From assembly GCA_964016885.1 (NCBI GenBank), contig OZ024740.1, positions 254,572,001 to 254,636,000 of the forward strand: a stretch of DNA of 64,000 nt, in the 5' to 3' direction. Below, piece by piece: positions 1 through 13,100 of the stretch; the first letter of the stretch is position 1; each line of letters starts with the position of its first letter. The position numbers and the translations under genes are program-made. Under the pieces are notes generated by a model. That model was not told the DNA's origin. It made no database searches and worked only from the letters and a program-made list of their open reading frames with translations. This stretch comes from Eledone cirrhosa. Its lineage: Eukaryota.

Positions 1-127
1 TATCGACCCCGTAAGGATGAAAGGCAAAGTTAACCTCGGCGGGATTTGAACTCAGAATGGCAAGGGCCGTAACTCAATGCGTCAAAGCATGGCGTCCGAC
101 CATTTACCGACACTGCCAATCCACCGC
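1..127 (-). mobile_element. tRNA-derived SINE (family 1, Deu/Nin-like core), runs off window edge
   Basis: Minus strand has A-box-like TGGCAGTGTCGG, B-box-like GAGTTCAAATCCC, then GCCTTTCATCCTTACGGGGTCGATA; the same unit recurs at least 8 times in the window. Confidence 0.8.
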
Positions 128-139
128 ATGTTAATAATG

Positions 140-2962
140 CTTTCTTTATTAACCACAAGGGTTTACACAAAGTAGACCTTAAGGACAGTACAGGACAATA
201 CAGGACGGTACAGGACAATACAGGACAATACAGGACGGTACAAATGGGCATTTCTGCGTGTAAAAAAACAAAAACGGGATGTAACAAAAAAAGAAACAAT
301 GAAAAATTCCTCAATAGGGGGGAGACTTCCGAGGGACATTCGTGGAGAAAGCCCATTAAAAAAACCACGGTGACCCTGACCACCAGTGCCCTCTCCCAGT
401 TTTCCACCTTCAATTTACAGGCACATACTCAGAGTAGGCCCATTCACAAGGGCCATTCTTGCCTCTCTCACCCATCTTTCAACAAAATGCTGGGATGAGA
501 GCACTTCCCTCTCTACCCTGATTTTCCTTTTCAAATGAAATTTGAAAAAGATAATCAGGGCATCACCGAAGAGGTAAGTGCTCGTCTTCAGCCCTTTCAA
601 ACGCGTCCACCATACTATCTCTTTCTCCATGGCCACTAGACAGATAAAAACTGCCTGCCCTTCCCGGCTAAAGGAAGAGGGCGGGGAAAGCCTCACGATG
701 GACTCAGCTGATAGCCGGATCCGTCCTACACGCGACAGCAGTTGTTCGACATAAACCCACAAGTCAGCAATGTTCGGACACTGGACGAGTGCATGCAGGA
801 CGGTTTCGTCGCCCTGCGCGCATCTCGGACATACCTGGCTGACGGTACCTCCATGCCTGTTGAGTTTATTCCAACTGGCAAAGCTCCTCGGTAGCACTGC
901 CAGGCCAGGGATTTCTGGAAGTTGTCCATAGGCCCCGGCCCGAAAGTTCTTCCGAAGGGATTGGTTAGTTGATTTTCGTCGACGCCTAGAGTTTCCCCAA
1001 GTACGTCGTCGCTCTTCCCCTCCACTAATCCTCTAGAGAACGCCAAGGTGGAGTTTCCACCGATCACATTTCCCGACTGGTCGAGGGCTGTGAGTGCCTG
1101 AAGACATTCCAGTCTCCAAGCGCTCCCTCTCGGTCTTCGCTTGACGCAGGACTGCAGCTCCGTCAAGGAGACGAGCTGGGGAAAGACGCGTCTAGCAAAC
1201 GGCGACCGCACCTGATCATCGTCGAGGAAGAGGTGGAGATGTCGTAACCTGAGCGCGTGTCTGCGCATCATCAGCCATGACATGCCCAGCCCTCCACGTA
1301 GAGGGTGTTGACAGCAGATGAACCGCCTGACCATTGGAGCGCGTCCCTTCCACAAAAAGCGAAAGAGCAAACGCTCCAGCGCAGTCAGGCGAGGTTTAGG
1401 ACAAGGCACGACGGTCAGGCAGTAGTAGATGACGGACGCGATGTACGCATTCGCCACCTCCGCTCGACTTTTCAGGGATAGCTTCCTCTCTGCCCATTTC
1501 TGAGTGAGAGAAGCCACCCTGCTCGTCACCTCGTCCCAGTTTTTGTCCGTCTGGAGGTCCAGACCGAACCAGACCCCTAGCAATTTAACCGGTCCGTCTG
1601 TCCAACGCCCGACGGCGCTGTTGGACGGCATGGACCTGCCTCTCCAGGTGCCGCGCTGCAGGCCCACCGACATTTCCTGGTTGATCATTGCTCCTGTCAC
1701 CGCTTCGTATTCTTTTAGTGTAGTGCCGATCGCCTCGATGTGTTTGGCGTTCGACACCACTACGGTGACATCGTCCGCATATGCTGACACGGATCTTCCG
1801 CATCCTAGTTCGCGCGGGACCCCCCTCAACGTCTCCAGTTTGTGCAGTAATGGCTCAAGAGTCAATACGTACAACAGAGACGAGAGGGGACATCCTTGGC
1901 GGACCGAGCGCATGATATTGAACGGTTCGGAAAGGTGACCGTTCACTCTCACCACAGAGCAGATGTCGCTGTGCATGGCAATGATCCAGCCTCTGAAGAC
2001 GGGTCCAAAGCCAGCCGCCGTCAGGACTGCCGCTAGGTAACGATGGTCGACCTTATCGAAAGCTTTTGACTGATCTAAATTGATCACGGACCCACCCGTG
2101 CCAAGTTCCCTAGCTACCCTCTCCACGATGTATCGCATGCGGTGGAGGTTGTCGTAGATGGATCTTTTTGGAATGACGCATGTCTGCGCCTCTTCCACCA
2201 GATCACCAACGACAAGCACCACCCTCTTTGCTAGCACCTTGGCCAAAATCTTCAACTCTGTGTTTAGCAGAGTTATGGGCCTGAAATTATCTATGTTATC
2301 CCCCTCGTTCGGATCTGTAGCTTTCTCAGCAGCGCCACCGCTCCTCGGCTCACAGAGCTGGGAATTCTCCCGTTCTGTTGCCAGTTGCAATAGACGTCCG
2401 CCAAGAGGCCTCCGAACAAGTCTGGTATCTATACGTAAAGTTCATAGGGCAGACCATCCAAACCAAACGATTTACCCCTTGTGCAGCCAGTCATAACCTC
2501 CCGTACTTCAGCGGCTGTTATCGGCTTTTCGCAACACGCCACCTCAGTGACCGAGAGCCGCGGCAGTCCATCGAGGTAGGCACTAAAGTCCATCCCTCGA
2601 TCGGGGCAGCCGCTGCCCCCGAACAGCTGAGCGAAGTGTCGCTGAATAGCTTCACACATTTTCCCGGGATCGAGTAGCATGCGCCCGTCGTGGTCCACCA
2701 AAGACCGGATCGTGGCTTTGTTGTCACGACGCGCCTCTGTCACTTGAGCCCATTGAACGGCTTTCGTCCCCTCGTGTCTGAGAGCACGCACCCTAGCTCT
2801 GACAACGCAGCCTTCGTGCTTTGCATTGAAGAATTGGTCAAGAGGGAATTTCGCCGCAAGTACGTCGGTCGCGATGCCTTTACTAAGAGCCTCGTCTAAT
2901 TTTCTAACTAATTCTCCCTCTGCTCTATTTTTCTCTATTGCTTAAGCCTTACTAAACCTAAT
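140..2962 (-). mobile_element. 5'-truncated Tx1/L1-clade non-LTR retrotransposon, frameshifted ORF2 (RT + C-terminal CCHC zinc finger)
   Basis: ORF 726-2390 has RPITLLN, LDQSKAFD, VRQGCPLS, YADD; ORF 415-897 has CPRC..ET.LH...C; AATAAA at the 3' end; flanked by 17-bp direct repeat ACCGCATGTTAATAATG at 123-139 and 2963-2979. Confidence 0.9.
183..242. repeat. 10-bp tandem repeat (ACAGGACAAT-like) in the Tx1 3' UTR
   Basis: About six consecutive units. Confidence 0.8.
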
Positions 2963-4213
2963 ACCGCATGTTAATAATGAACAAAAGAGGTGACTGTATG
3001 CACCCTTGGCCGAGTCCGATTCCCACATTGAATGGTTTCGATTTAGCACCATTTATCCGAACACAAATACTTGCCCTTTTCCCCGTTAAATGCTCATTCT
3101 ATATTATAATTACGTGGTTGAATTATTTACTTCAGAACAACTTCTCTCAGAAGACTCTACTTGCTGTCGTTAATAATCTTTCGTTCTTTCAATTTAGACA
3201 CATTCACACTGCCTCCGAACCATCTAAACCTCTTCTATTAATACCATATGTAATGATATTATATTATAACACAGGTGCCAAAAGTAGAAACAATTATAAC
3301 ACAACCACATTCTCAAAACACTTCATTGTTTTTACACCTTTCGTAACCATAATTATGACAAAATACACAATTAGGTATGTGTTATATATCGAATAATATA
3401 TAGGATGTTTATGATTGACACCCTTTCGCTAAAAGTGTTTAAGGTTGTGACCATCGTCACACAATGATTTTCGAATAGTTTTTTTAATAATCAACAATTT
3501 GGAGGAATTTAGTAAAATAATTAACTTTCTCGTTATTAAGTTGGTGTTTGGAACATAACATAAAAATTCTTATAATGGAAGATTTTTAGTTTCGTATCAT
3601 AGAACCAGTGGCAGTTTCAAGTGATTTGGTAAAAAAATATTTGATAATGATAGCCGTATTGAGCAGATATATGATGGGATGTGTTTCAAACGAGAACATT
3701 CCTCTATGTGTGTATCTATATCAGACTACACTGTCAAATTTACTCTTCCTAAAAAAAAAAAGTCTTGATTTGATTAGAATTTGGCTACTATGTCGAGCAG
3801 TCAGGTTCTTTCGTTGATGTGTACTATTTTTTTACGTTAGGGATATTTAATTATGTCACCGGTATCATTCGTTCCAAGGGAAAATCTGTTAACAACACCG
3901 CCTACTAATTGTCTTTATAACTTGTACTAATTTAATGAACATCTTTATATTAATATAACTTTATTTTATATCATTATAACAGAATATACATTATCTAAAC
4001 TAATTATAATAGAGTATACTTTATCTAAACTAATTATATCCTTGCGGACGCTAAATGATAATAAGAAACTGAACAATAACAGATTTGCGTCATTAATCTA
4101 ATTATATCATGTAAACAGATTCGCAGGATATTTAAGGTAAGAAACTGAACCATCATACATTATTATACCCACAGGCATTTATCATTTTTTTTTTTAATTC
4201 ACGGATAATTAAT

Positions 4214-5626
4214 ATGGAGAACATTCATCACTTGGACACTTCTGACGTAGGGTTTTCTAACGATATTGATTCCGATACACAGACATACAGTGATGAGAAA
4301 CCTTTATGTTGTGAAACATTTACTGAACAAACATCACTACATGGAAATATTCCTGGATATAGCTGTGTGATTTGTAAGAAAATATTTTCTTCAGAACATA
4401 AATTCTTCACTCACAAAGAAACACATAATAAAGAAAAAACGTTCCATTGTAAAATATGTGGGAAATGTTTTCTGTATAAGAGTAATTTAACGAGACATAA
4501 AATAACACACACTGGAGAAAAACCCTATCACTGTGAAATATGTGGTAAATCTGTTTCTGATAATTCTACTCTTAGAGTTCACATGCGTAGTCACACTGGA
4601 GAAAAACCTTTCCACTGTGAAATATGTGGGAAATATTTTGTCAATAACAGTAATTTAACGAAACATAAAATACTACATTCTGGAGAAAAACATCATCATT
4701 GTGAAATATGTGGGAAGTCTTGCATGGATAATAATAGTCTTGTTATTCATATACGTAGTCACACTGGAGAAAAACCCTGTCAATGTGAAACATGTGGGAA
4801 ATCCTTTGCTAATAACAGTAATTTAACACGACATAAAGCAATACACACAGGAGAAAAACCCTATCACTGTGAAATATGTGGGAAATCTTTCACTCGAAAT
4901 GTGTCTCTTGTCATGCACACACGTAGTCACACCGGAGAAAAAGCTTTCCACTGTGAAATATGTGGAAAATCCTTCTCTGTTAATTCCAGTCTTGTGATTC
5001 ACAAAAAAATACACACAGGAGGAAAACCCCACCACTGCGAAATATGTGGCAAATATTTTCTTTATAACAGCTATTTGATGAAACACAAAAGAATACACAC
5101 TGGGGAAAAATATTTTCATTGTGAAATATGTGGGAAGTCTTTTGTTAATAATTCTAGTCTTGTAGTTCACATACGTAGTCACACTGGAGAAAAACCTTAT
5201 CAATGTCAAATATGTGGGAAATATTTTGCTCAGAATGCTCATCTTATTATTCACAAACGAACACATACTGGAGAAAGACCGTATAATTGTGAAGTATGTG
5301 GGAAATCATTTGGTGATACCAGTGATTTAACAAGGCACAAGGCAATACACACTGGAGAAAAACCTTATCAGTGTGAAATATGTGGAAAGTCTTTCTCTCA
5401 GAATTCAAATCTTATTATACACATACGTAGACACAATGGAGAAAGACCTTTCCATTGTGAAACATGTGGGAAATCTTTTGTTAATAACAGTAATTTAATA
5501 AAACACAAAAGAACACACACTGGAGAAAAACCTTTTTGCTGTCAAATATGTGGAAAATCTTTTGTCACTAACAGTATCTTAAAAAAACACAAACAAATTC
5601 ACATTGGAGATAATCCTTTTAAATGA
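4214..5626 (+). CDS. C2H2 zinc-finger protein, 470 aa, 15 tandem fingers, no KRAB/SCAN/BTB in this exon
   Basis: Intact ORF with 15 C-x2-C-x12-H-x3-H units and TGEKP linkers; an upstream exon cannot be excluded. Confidence 0.92.
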   Translation: MENIHHLDTSDVGFSNDIDSDTQTYSDEKPLCCETFTEQTSLHGNIPGYSCVICKKIFSSEHKFFTHKETHNKEKTFHCKICGKCFLYKSNLTRHKITHTGEKPYHCEICGKSVSDNSTLRVHMRSHTGEKPFHCEICGKYFVNNSNLTKHKILHSGEKHHHCEICGKSCMDNNSLVIHIRSHTGEKPCQCETCGKSFANNSNLTRHKAIHTGEKPYHCEICGKSFTRNVSLVMHTRSHTGEKAFHCEICGKSFSVNSSLVIHKKIHTGGKPHHCEICGKYFLYNSYLMKHKRIHTGEKYFHCEICGKSFVNNSSLVVHIRSHTGEKPYQCQICGKYFAQNAHLIIHKRTHTGERPYNCEVCGKSFGDTSDLTRHKAIHTGEKPYQCEICGKSFSQNSNLIIHIRRHNGERPFHCETCGKSFVNNSNLIKHKRTHTGEKPFCCQICGKSFVTNSILKKHKQIHIGDNPFK

Positions 5627-5639
5627 TTGTCTACCAATC

Positions 5640-5702
5640 CACCACCAAGTACACATTGGAGAACGTTATCATAGTGAAATATGTTGGAAATCATTCTCTG
5701 AG
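5640..5702 (+). pseudogene. Decayed extra zinc-finger remnant downstream of the stop codon
   Basis: Translates as HQVHIGERYHSEICWKSFSE. Confidence 0.6.
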
Positions 5703-5775
5703 TGGCCAGGTGTAAATGAAGCTCTCTGTAATATCTGAATTTAAATCCAATGACATCATAAAATCAAACTGATAG

Positions 5776-6005
5776 CTAACACTTTCATTACCATATTTCT
5801 AATGAAACACAATGCCTAGGATTTTCAAATCATTTTGAAAATAAAGAATTTGGAAGGATTTAGTTATATAACTAACTTGCTAACTATTAAGCTGGTATTT
5901 GGAACATAATCTAATCATTTTGAAATAAATGTAAACACTTTGAAATAAATAACTTTGTATCATAGAATCAGTTGGTTTTGGGTGGTTTGATACCAAAAGA
6001 GTTAA
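5776..6005. mobile_element. Old MITE-like repeat, possibly piggyBac-type ends; related copy at about 3450-3640
   Basis: Ends CTAACACTTTCATTACC and GATACCAAAAGAGTTAA resemble TTAA-CCCTTT TIRs; internal TTATTAAG.TGGT.TTTGGAACATAA and GTATCATAGAA shared with 3450-3640. Confidence 0.4.
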
Positions 6006-6009
6006 TAAT

Positions 6010-6178
6010 AATTGTTTCTACTTTTGGCACAATGCCAGCAATTATCCCAGTGTATTACTGGTACTTTATTTTATTGACCCCGTAAGGATGAAAGGCAAAG
6101 TTAACCTTGACGGATTTGAACTCAGAATGGCAAAGCATGGCATTCGACCCTCTACCGATACTGCCAATCCACAACCTC
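6010..6178 (-). mobile_element. SINE family 1
   Basis: Same core as 1-127. Confidence 0.8.
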
Positions 6179-6342
6179 AAGAGTAAATAATAATGCAAGC
6201 GATGCTGCTATTTGGTTTTCAGTATTTATACCAAATTCTGATTTTGTGCTTTTTATGAGTACATAAAACATGGGCATTGTTGAAGTGAACATGAGTCAAG
6301 CTAAACAGAGTGAAATAATATTTTGACTACAAAACAAAATGG

Positions 6343-6460
6343 TGAAGGCATATGGCCTTGTAGTTAGGTTGTTGAACTCTCAATCATATGGTTGTGGATT
6401 CAATTCCTGGATCCAGTGGTGTGTCGTGTTCTTGAGCAAGACACTTCACTTCATGTTGCT
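6343..6460 (+). mobile_element. tRNA-derived SINE family 2; other copies at about 23140-23290(-), 34554-34670(+), 63965-64000(+)
   Basis: A-box- and B-box-like head followed by TGT(C/T)CTTGAGCAAGACACTT core. Confidence 0.7.
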
Positions 6461-6470
6461 TTTCATGATG

Positions 6471-6712
6471 GGGCTCCTATCATTAAAATACCCCTGGAAT
6501 CTCCTATGAGATGTAACCTCATAAGAATCCAGCTAAACCTGCATAGATGTGGCTCCTATCATTAAAACACCCTCGAAATCTCATATGAGATGCAGCCTCA
6601 TAAGAGGCTAGCTAAATCTGCATAGATGGAGCTCCTATCTTTAAAACATCCCTGAAACCTCCTATGAGATTTAGCCTCATAAGAAGCTAGCTAAGCTTAC
6701 ATAGATGTGAGC
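6471..6712. repeat. 79-bp minisatellite, 3 diverged copies
   Basis: GCTCCTATC at 6473, 6552, 6631; each unit has a TATGAG-N7-CTCATA hairpin. Confidence 0.85.
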
Positions 6713-7171
6713 TGTAAATTTCATTTTCATTTTTCATATGAGTCCAGCTAGAGAGAATAATATTTTGACTACATCCCAAATGGATTGAACCCACTAAGTA
6801 CAACTGGTACACACCATATTGTATGCTTTTAGATATAATTATTACAAGCATAAACAGAGATTTCTCTGAAACACCTGAGCCCAATAAGACTAAAGATATT
6901 GATTTATTAAATTTACTAAATTTTTGGTCAGCAGGAAACATTCTCTATCATTGATGAATAAAGAATTGAAATCTATGAGAATTATCAAGGATTGATGATG
7001 ATATATAATTGAAATTCTCAAGAAGGGCATCCAGCTGTAGAAACCCAAGCCAGAAACAACTCTGTATGAGTGAGACATGGTCATCTTATCTGACTAGTTT
7101 CACATCGGGACAACTCGTCTAACCCATGTTAGCATGGATAAATGAACATTAAACAGTGATAATATATATAT

Positions 7172-8911
7172 ATGGGAGAGAGAGAAATTACCTCTAGTAG
7201 AACCGACAGAGGGACCAGCTATTGAGATTGACGAATATAGGGTCCAAGAGGCGATTAAGGAAATGAAAAATGGTAAGGCCACTGGACCGTCGGGGATAGT
7301 TGCTGAGATGCTGAAGGCATCTAGAGAGGTAGGCATTAAACTGGTTGCACGCATCATCAATCAAGCTATATATGGTGGTGTCATACCCAAAGACTGGTGC
7401 AGCAGTATTCTCATAAATTGCTACAAAGGTAAAGGGGATGCTCTGGAGCAGGTTGATTTTCTAATTCTGGAGAGAAGCAATTATAGGGGCATAAAACTGA
7501 TGGATTAGGTCATGAAAGTGGCAGAAGGATATTAGCGCAACTAATTAGAGAAAGGGTCAAACTAGATGAGATGCAGTTTGATTTTGTGCCTGGGAAAAGT
7601 ACAACGGATGCCCTCTTCTTAGTGAGACAATTACAAGAGAGATTCTTAGAGAAGAATAAGCCACTATACTTAGCCTTTGTTGACCTAGAGAAGGCCTTTG
7701 ATAGGGTACCCCGATCTGTCATCTGGTGGTCCCTAAGGAGGCTGGGTGTTGAGGAATGGCTTGTGAGGACAGTGCAAGCTTTGTACAGAGGTGCTGTCAG
7801 TAAAGTGAGGGTAGGATTGGAGTTTAGTGAGGAATTCCAGATACAAGTAGGAGTACATCAGGGTTCGGTCCTCAACCTGTTCATTATAGTCTTCCAAGCC
7901 ATAACAGAGGAGTTTAAGACTGGCTGTCAATGGGAACTTTTCTATGCTGACAATCTGGTTCTTATAGCAGAATCAGTAGAGGAGCTAGAGAATAAATTCT
8001 GGCTATGGAAACAGCAGTTGAAATCAAGAGGACTGAGAGTGAATCTAGCTAAGACAAAAGTGTTGATGAGTAGAAAAGAGGACAAACTCTGATTCCATTA
8101 GGGTAATAGCCATGTTCGATATGCAGAAAAGAAACTGGCATAAATTCTATAAAATGGCACAATGCAGATCCTGGGTACACAAGAGATGTAGTGGGATAGC
8201 AGGCAAACTAACAGGTAGGGAGAAATACGTATGCAGTAGATGTACAGGGAAATTTGACAGTAGAAGTCACATTGATAGACACATTTTTCAATTGCAGTTG
8301 GGTGCTAGAGAAGTGGTTGACAGCTTCCGGTACCTAGGTGATCAGATTAGCATGGGAGGGGGGTGTACCGAGGCCATAGTATCTAGAATATGGAGGGGTT
8401 GGAAGAAGTTTAGGGAGCTGCTTCTGCTGACGAAGAAGGGTTTCTCCCTGTGTACGAAAGGCCAGTTATATGATGCCTGTGTGAAATGCGCGATGCTGCA
8501 TGGTAGTGAGACGTGGGCAGCAACTGCAGAGGATATGCGACGGCTGGAGAGAAATGAAGCAAGCATGCTCTGTTGCATGTGCAATGTCAATGTGCGTGAA
8601 TGACCAAACATAGATGAGTTGAGAGAGAAACTGTGAATAAGAGGGATAAGTTGTGGTGTGCAGGAGAAAAGGCTGAGATGGTATGGACATGTGATGCGCA
8701 TGGAGGATGATCGATGGGTAAAGAAGTGCCAAGAAATCCCAGTAGAAGGAAAACCACAAAAAACATGGGCGGAGGTGATGAGAGCAGACCTCAGATCGCT
8801 GAAGCTCACGGAGGAGATGACGAAGGACCGTGATAAGTGGAGAGATGCTGTGCTGAATAGGACCCGTCCAACCCTTGCAAGCAGGGAAAAGTGGATGTAA
8901 AATGATGATGA
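7172..8911 (+). mobile_element. 5'-truncated RTE-clade LINE (decayed)
   Basis: FVDLEKAFDRVP, GVHQGSVL, YADN, LRWYGHVMRM; (GAT)n tail. Confidence 0.9.
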
Positions 8912-9338
8912 TATATACTATCATCATCATCGTTTAACGTCCATCTTCCACGCTAGCATGGGTTAGATGGGTTTGTCCCCTTTAGAGGCAAGTTGGGTTG
9001 GGTGACCGTGTCTCGCTCATATAGGACTTTCTGGCTGGTTTTCTATGGTTGGATGCCCTTCCTGGTGCCAACCACATTCACAGTGTGTATATATATAGCT
9101 TAAAACTAAAACTTTTTACTCAGTTGAAGGAATTTATTCATCATGTACTCTCCAACATACCACCTGACTTCATGATGAAGTCAATCAAAGATATACCAGA
9201 TTACTTACACTGATGGACAATGCTGGTACCTATGTAGAACACTGTACTGTTCTTTTACCATTATACTGTTCAAAATAAAACATGTTTTATTTTTATAAAG
9301 TTATTAACTTATATAGGGAGTTTTTTCCACCCACCCTG

Positions 9339-9364
<26 letters not shown>

Positions 9365-9369
<5 letters not shown>

Positions 9370-9776
9370 TCTTTGGCGCTACACAGTTATACAGAAGACC
9401 CGCCTTGCCTAAGTACAAAGCGAAACCTACAGTCAGTAGGCACCTCTAACAAAATACACCCCCGTCCCACTACCCCCACCCCATCCACACCACCCCCTAA
9501 AATGTGAAATTATGTTGGTACCACAACATCCAGTCCGAAACAAATGAGGTCGTGTAGGTGTCACGACAAAAAAACACACAGTCCACGCTGTGTAGGTAAC
9601 ACGGTAAAAACCTCCCAGTCCAAACGTGGTTGGTGTTAGGAAGGGCATCCAGCCGTAGAAAACCCGCCAGACAGTCCTGAGCAAGACAACCAATCTTGCC
9701 TCAAGTGGACAATTCCCGTCCAGACCCAGGCTAGCGTGGAAAATGGACGTTCAACGATGATGATGATGATGATGAT
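9365..9776 (+). mobile_element. RTE 3' end fragment, same subfamily as 13763-14189
   Basis: Near-identical 3' UTR and (GAT)n tail. Confidence 0.85.
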
Positions 9777-9903
9777 ATATTGGAATTTTGTATTTCTAAA
9801 GAAACACGGTATGTTTATAGATAAACATTTAGAAAGCCATGGCTATGCAAAAACACCGGCAGCTATCGCCCTCTGTTGGTGTTCAGCAAAAGCAAGGGAG
9901 ACA

Positions 9904-9947
9904 ATCGTCGATGCATTTCGAACTTAACTGGTTCTCATCAGGACGAT
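9904..9947 (-). ncRNA. Type I hammerhead ribozyme, minimal
   Basis: ATCGTC-CTGATGA-GAAC(cagttaa)GTTC-GAAA-TGCA-TC|GACGAT: 6-bp stem I, 4-bp stem II, palindromic stem III. Confidence 0.85.
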
Positions 9948-10037
9948 CCCTCCCACTCTTGCGACTGCTGGACGTGAAAACAGTCGAGAATATATGGTTT
10001 TCTCGTCTGTGTAAATGAGGTCGCAAGAGTGGGAGGG

Positions 10038-10081
10038 ATCATCCTGATGAGAACCAGTTAAGTTTGAAATGCATCGACGAT
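10038..10081 (+). ncRNA. Type I hammerhead ribozyme, mirror copy
   Basis: ATCATC-CTGATGA-GAAC..GTTT-GAAA-TGCA-TC|GACGAT. Confidence 0.8.
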
Positions 10082-10166
10082 TGTCTCCCTTGCTTTTGCT
10101 GAATACCACCAGAGGGCGATAGCCCCCCCCCCAGTGTTTTTGCATAGCTACGGCTTTCTAAATGTT

Positions 10167-13100
10167 CTCTCCAAATAAAAAATAAACCTGTTGCAAGGTA
10201 CGAAACTCAGAATTTGTCGACCCCTTATTCTTGGCTACATCGCTCGCTCGCTCTTCTGTGAAATGTAACGTACAAATCTTATTTTTTCTCCTCTCCCCAT
10301 GTTCCCGGTCCATTCATCTATCTGTATCATATCGTCCAGAATCCAATCTTTTCTTTTTCAATGCTATTCAATAATTCTGTCTGATTGTTCAAATAATCTT
10401 CTTGTATTTTAAAATCCCATAATTCTTCTCTTATTACTCGTTCAATTATGGCCAAAATTCGAGGATTTTATTTTATAACCTTCTCGCTAACTACCCCAGA
10501 CCCCCGCCCCCACTCGCCACCATTATTATTTGGACCAATCATAGTTTAGCGGCCTATGTTTCACTTCTTAAGTTTAGACCTGGTTGCCTTTTGATATGGA
10601 TGGACTACAGAATTCTGGAGAGTCTGAAAAATCTGGACACTCAGTGACAATGCCAAAGATAAAGACAAATTCACCTCATGTTGCCGGACGAGAATGCAAG
10701 GACTCCTCCTCTTTATTTTAGCCACGGATGACTAACATAACCCCATCTTCCTCACCCCTCCCTGCGCCCCATCCTTCCACCCACCAAACGCAATCCAAAA
10801 CTTCCGAGTTGGTACCGTGAATGTAGGCACCTTAAAAGGTCGCTCTAACGAGGTTGTAGAGATGCTTGAACGTAAGGAGGTTGATGTTTGCTGTATTCAA
10901 GAGACCAGGTGGAGGGGCTGGGTCTGCTAGATTCATTGTAGGTAAAAAACGATGCTATAAGCTTTTCTGGGTGGGAAATGACAATGGGCTGGGTGGAGTA
11001 GGAATCATACTAGCAGAAAAATGGGTAGATAAGATAAAAGACGTAAATAGAGTGAACGACAGAATAATTAAAATAAGACTTGTCCTAAATAAAACTACTG
11101 TGACAATAATATCTGCGTATGTACCCCAATCCGGACTGCCTGGCGTTATAAAAGACATTCTATGAGTTGTTAATACTCACTATCTCCCAAATAACTGACA
11201 GTGACTACATAATTATTGCTGGTGACCTAAATGGTCACGTTGGACAACATTGTGACGGTTATGATGGAATCCATGGAGGCTATGGGTTTGGTACTAGAAA
11301 TGAGGAAGGCTCCAGAATCCTGGAATTCTGTGACACAAATAACCTAACTATCTGTAACACAAACTTCAAAAAATGACTTGATCACCTATAGATCAGGGGA
11401 ACACGCCAGTCAGATAGATTATATCCTTACCAGAAGACGTGACAGAGTGTCTGTTGTAAACACTAAATCCCTCCCCCATGAAGAATGCACCTCCCAACAT
11501 AGCCTCATAGATAGCGACCTCATAGTCAGGACGAGATGTACTCAACAACAGAGGAGGACTATCCTCAGGAGAAAAATATGGGACTTAAAGGACCCCACAG
11601 CCAGTAATAAATTTAAAAGCATATTACTTGATGCTTTTGACAGTAAGGAAGAGCAATTAGAGTTGTACAATATAGAGGAACAGTGGGAATTCCTGAAAGC
11701 TAACCTGCTGAAGGCGACAGATGAAATCTGTGGCTGGAGCAGACCTCTAGGCAGGAGGAGAGTAACTTGGTGGTGGGACAGTAAGGTGGAGGAGTCAATC
11801 AAGGCCAAAAAGAAGGCTTGGAAAGTATGGCGGGATGGGGGAAGTAGAGAAGACTATCAAGTGGCCAGGAGGGAAGCTAGGAGACAAGTGTACTTCGCAA
11901 GAAGGGAAGCAGAGGAAAGAAAGTTCAAGCATGTTCTACAACGCGAGGACCAAAAACGTGAGGTGTTCAGGATTGCTAGGCAATGTGTCAAGGAAAACCG
12001 TGATATTGTTGGGGACAAGTGTGTCCGTAATGATGATGGTGTACTTGCCATCACTGACGCTGATTAGAAGGTAGCTTGGAAGTGTCACTACGAGAGGCTA
12101 CTAAATGATGAGAAGAAATGGGAGAAAGACAGTTTCCCACACATCGATCCAATAGAGGGACAGCAGTGCAAGTTGAAGGTAGTATAATAAGTAAGGCAAT
12201 CAAAGATATGAAGACGGGTAAGGTGGCTGGACCTTCGGAAATAGTTGCTGAAATGCTGAAAGCATCTGGAACAGTGGGACACACTATGGTTACCTGGATA
12301 GTAAACCAAGTCATACAGAATGGGGTCGTACCAAAGGACTGGCGTAGCAGCATCATCATTAACTGCTACAAGGGTAAAGGAGATGCCCTAGATAGGAGTA
12401 ACTATAGAGGCATTAAATTAATTGACCAGGTTATGAATGTCACAGAAAAAATAATAGCGCAACTAATCAGAGAGCGAATTGATCTGGATGAAATGCAGTT
12501 CGGGTTTGTGTCAGGTAAAAGTACCACAGACGGTCTTTTTATTGTACGACAACTACAGGAGAAGTACCTAGCTAAAGGTAAACCCCTATACTTTGCTTTT
12601 GTTGACTTGGAAAAAGCCTTTGACAGAGTCCCGCGCCCCATTATCTGGTGGGCTCTCAGAAAACTAGGTGTTGATGAATGGCTTGTGTGAGCTATACAAG
12701 CCGTGTATAAAGAAACAGTCAGCAAGGTTAGAATTAACAACGAATATAGTGAAGAGTTTAGCGTAAAATTTGGTTTCATCAGGGCCCCTTCCTTAGCCCC
12801 CTCCTGTTTATTATCGCCCTCCAGGCTATAACAGAGGAGTTTAAGACTGGCTGCCCATGGGAACTTCTATATGCAGATGATCTAACGCTCATAGCTGAAT
12901 CAATGGCTAAACTAGAAAAGAAATTCCAAACATGGAAGCATGGCCTAGAATCAAAAGGCCTTAAAATTAACCTGTCTAAGACTAAAGTTCTAATATGTAG
13001 GAAGGAAGATAGGGCACTGGTCCCTTCTGTGGAATGGCTATGCTCAGTGTGTAGGAAAGGAGTAGGTAGAAACTCCATTTTATGTCCCAAATGCAAAGTA

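Larger units (their letters stand above)
9777..10166. repeat. Fold-back palindrome with an HHR in each arm; right arm interrupted by an RTE and resumes at 14190
   Basis: 9824-9965 is the reverse complement of 10020-10166; 9777-9823 is the reverse complement of 14190-14238. Confidence 0.9.

Noticed and set aside
6471-6712. CRISPR-like array
   Set aside because: Whole units are homologous with no unique spacers; eukaryotic context
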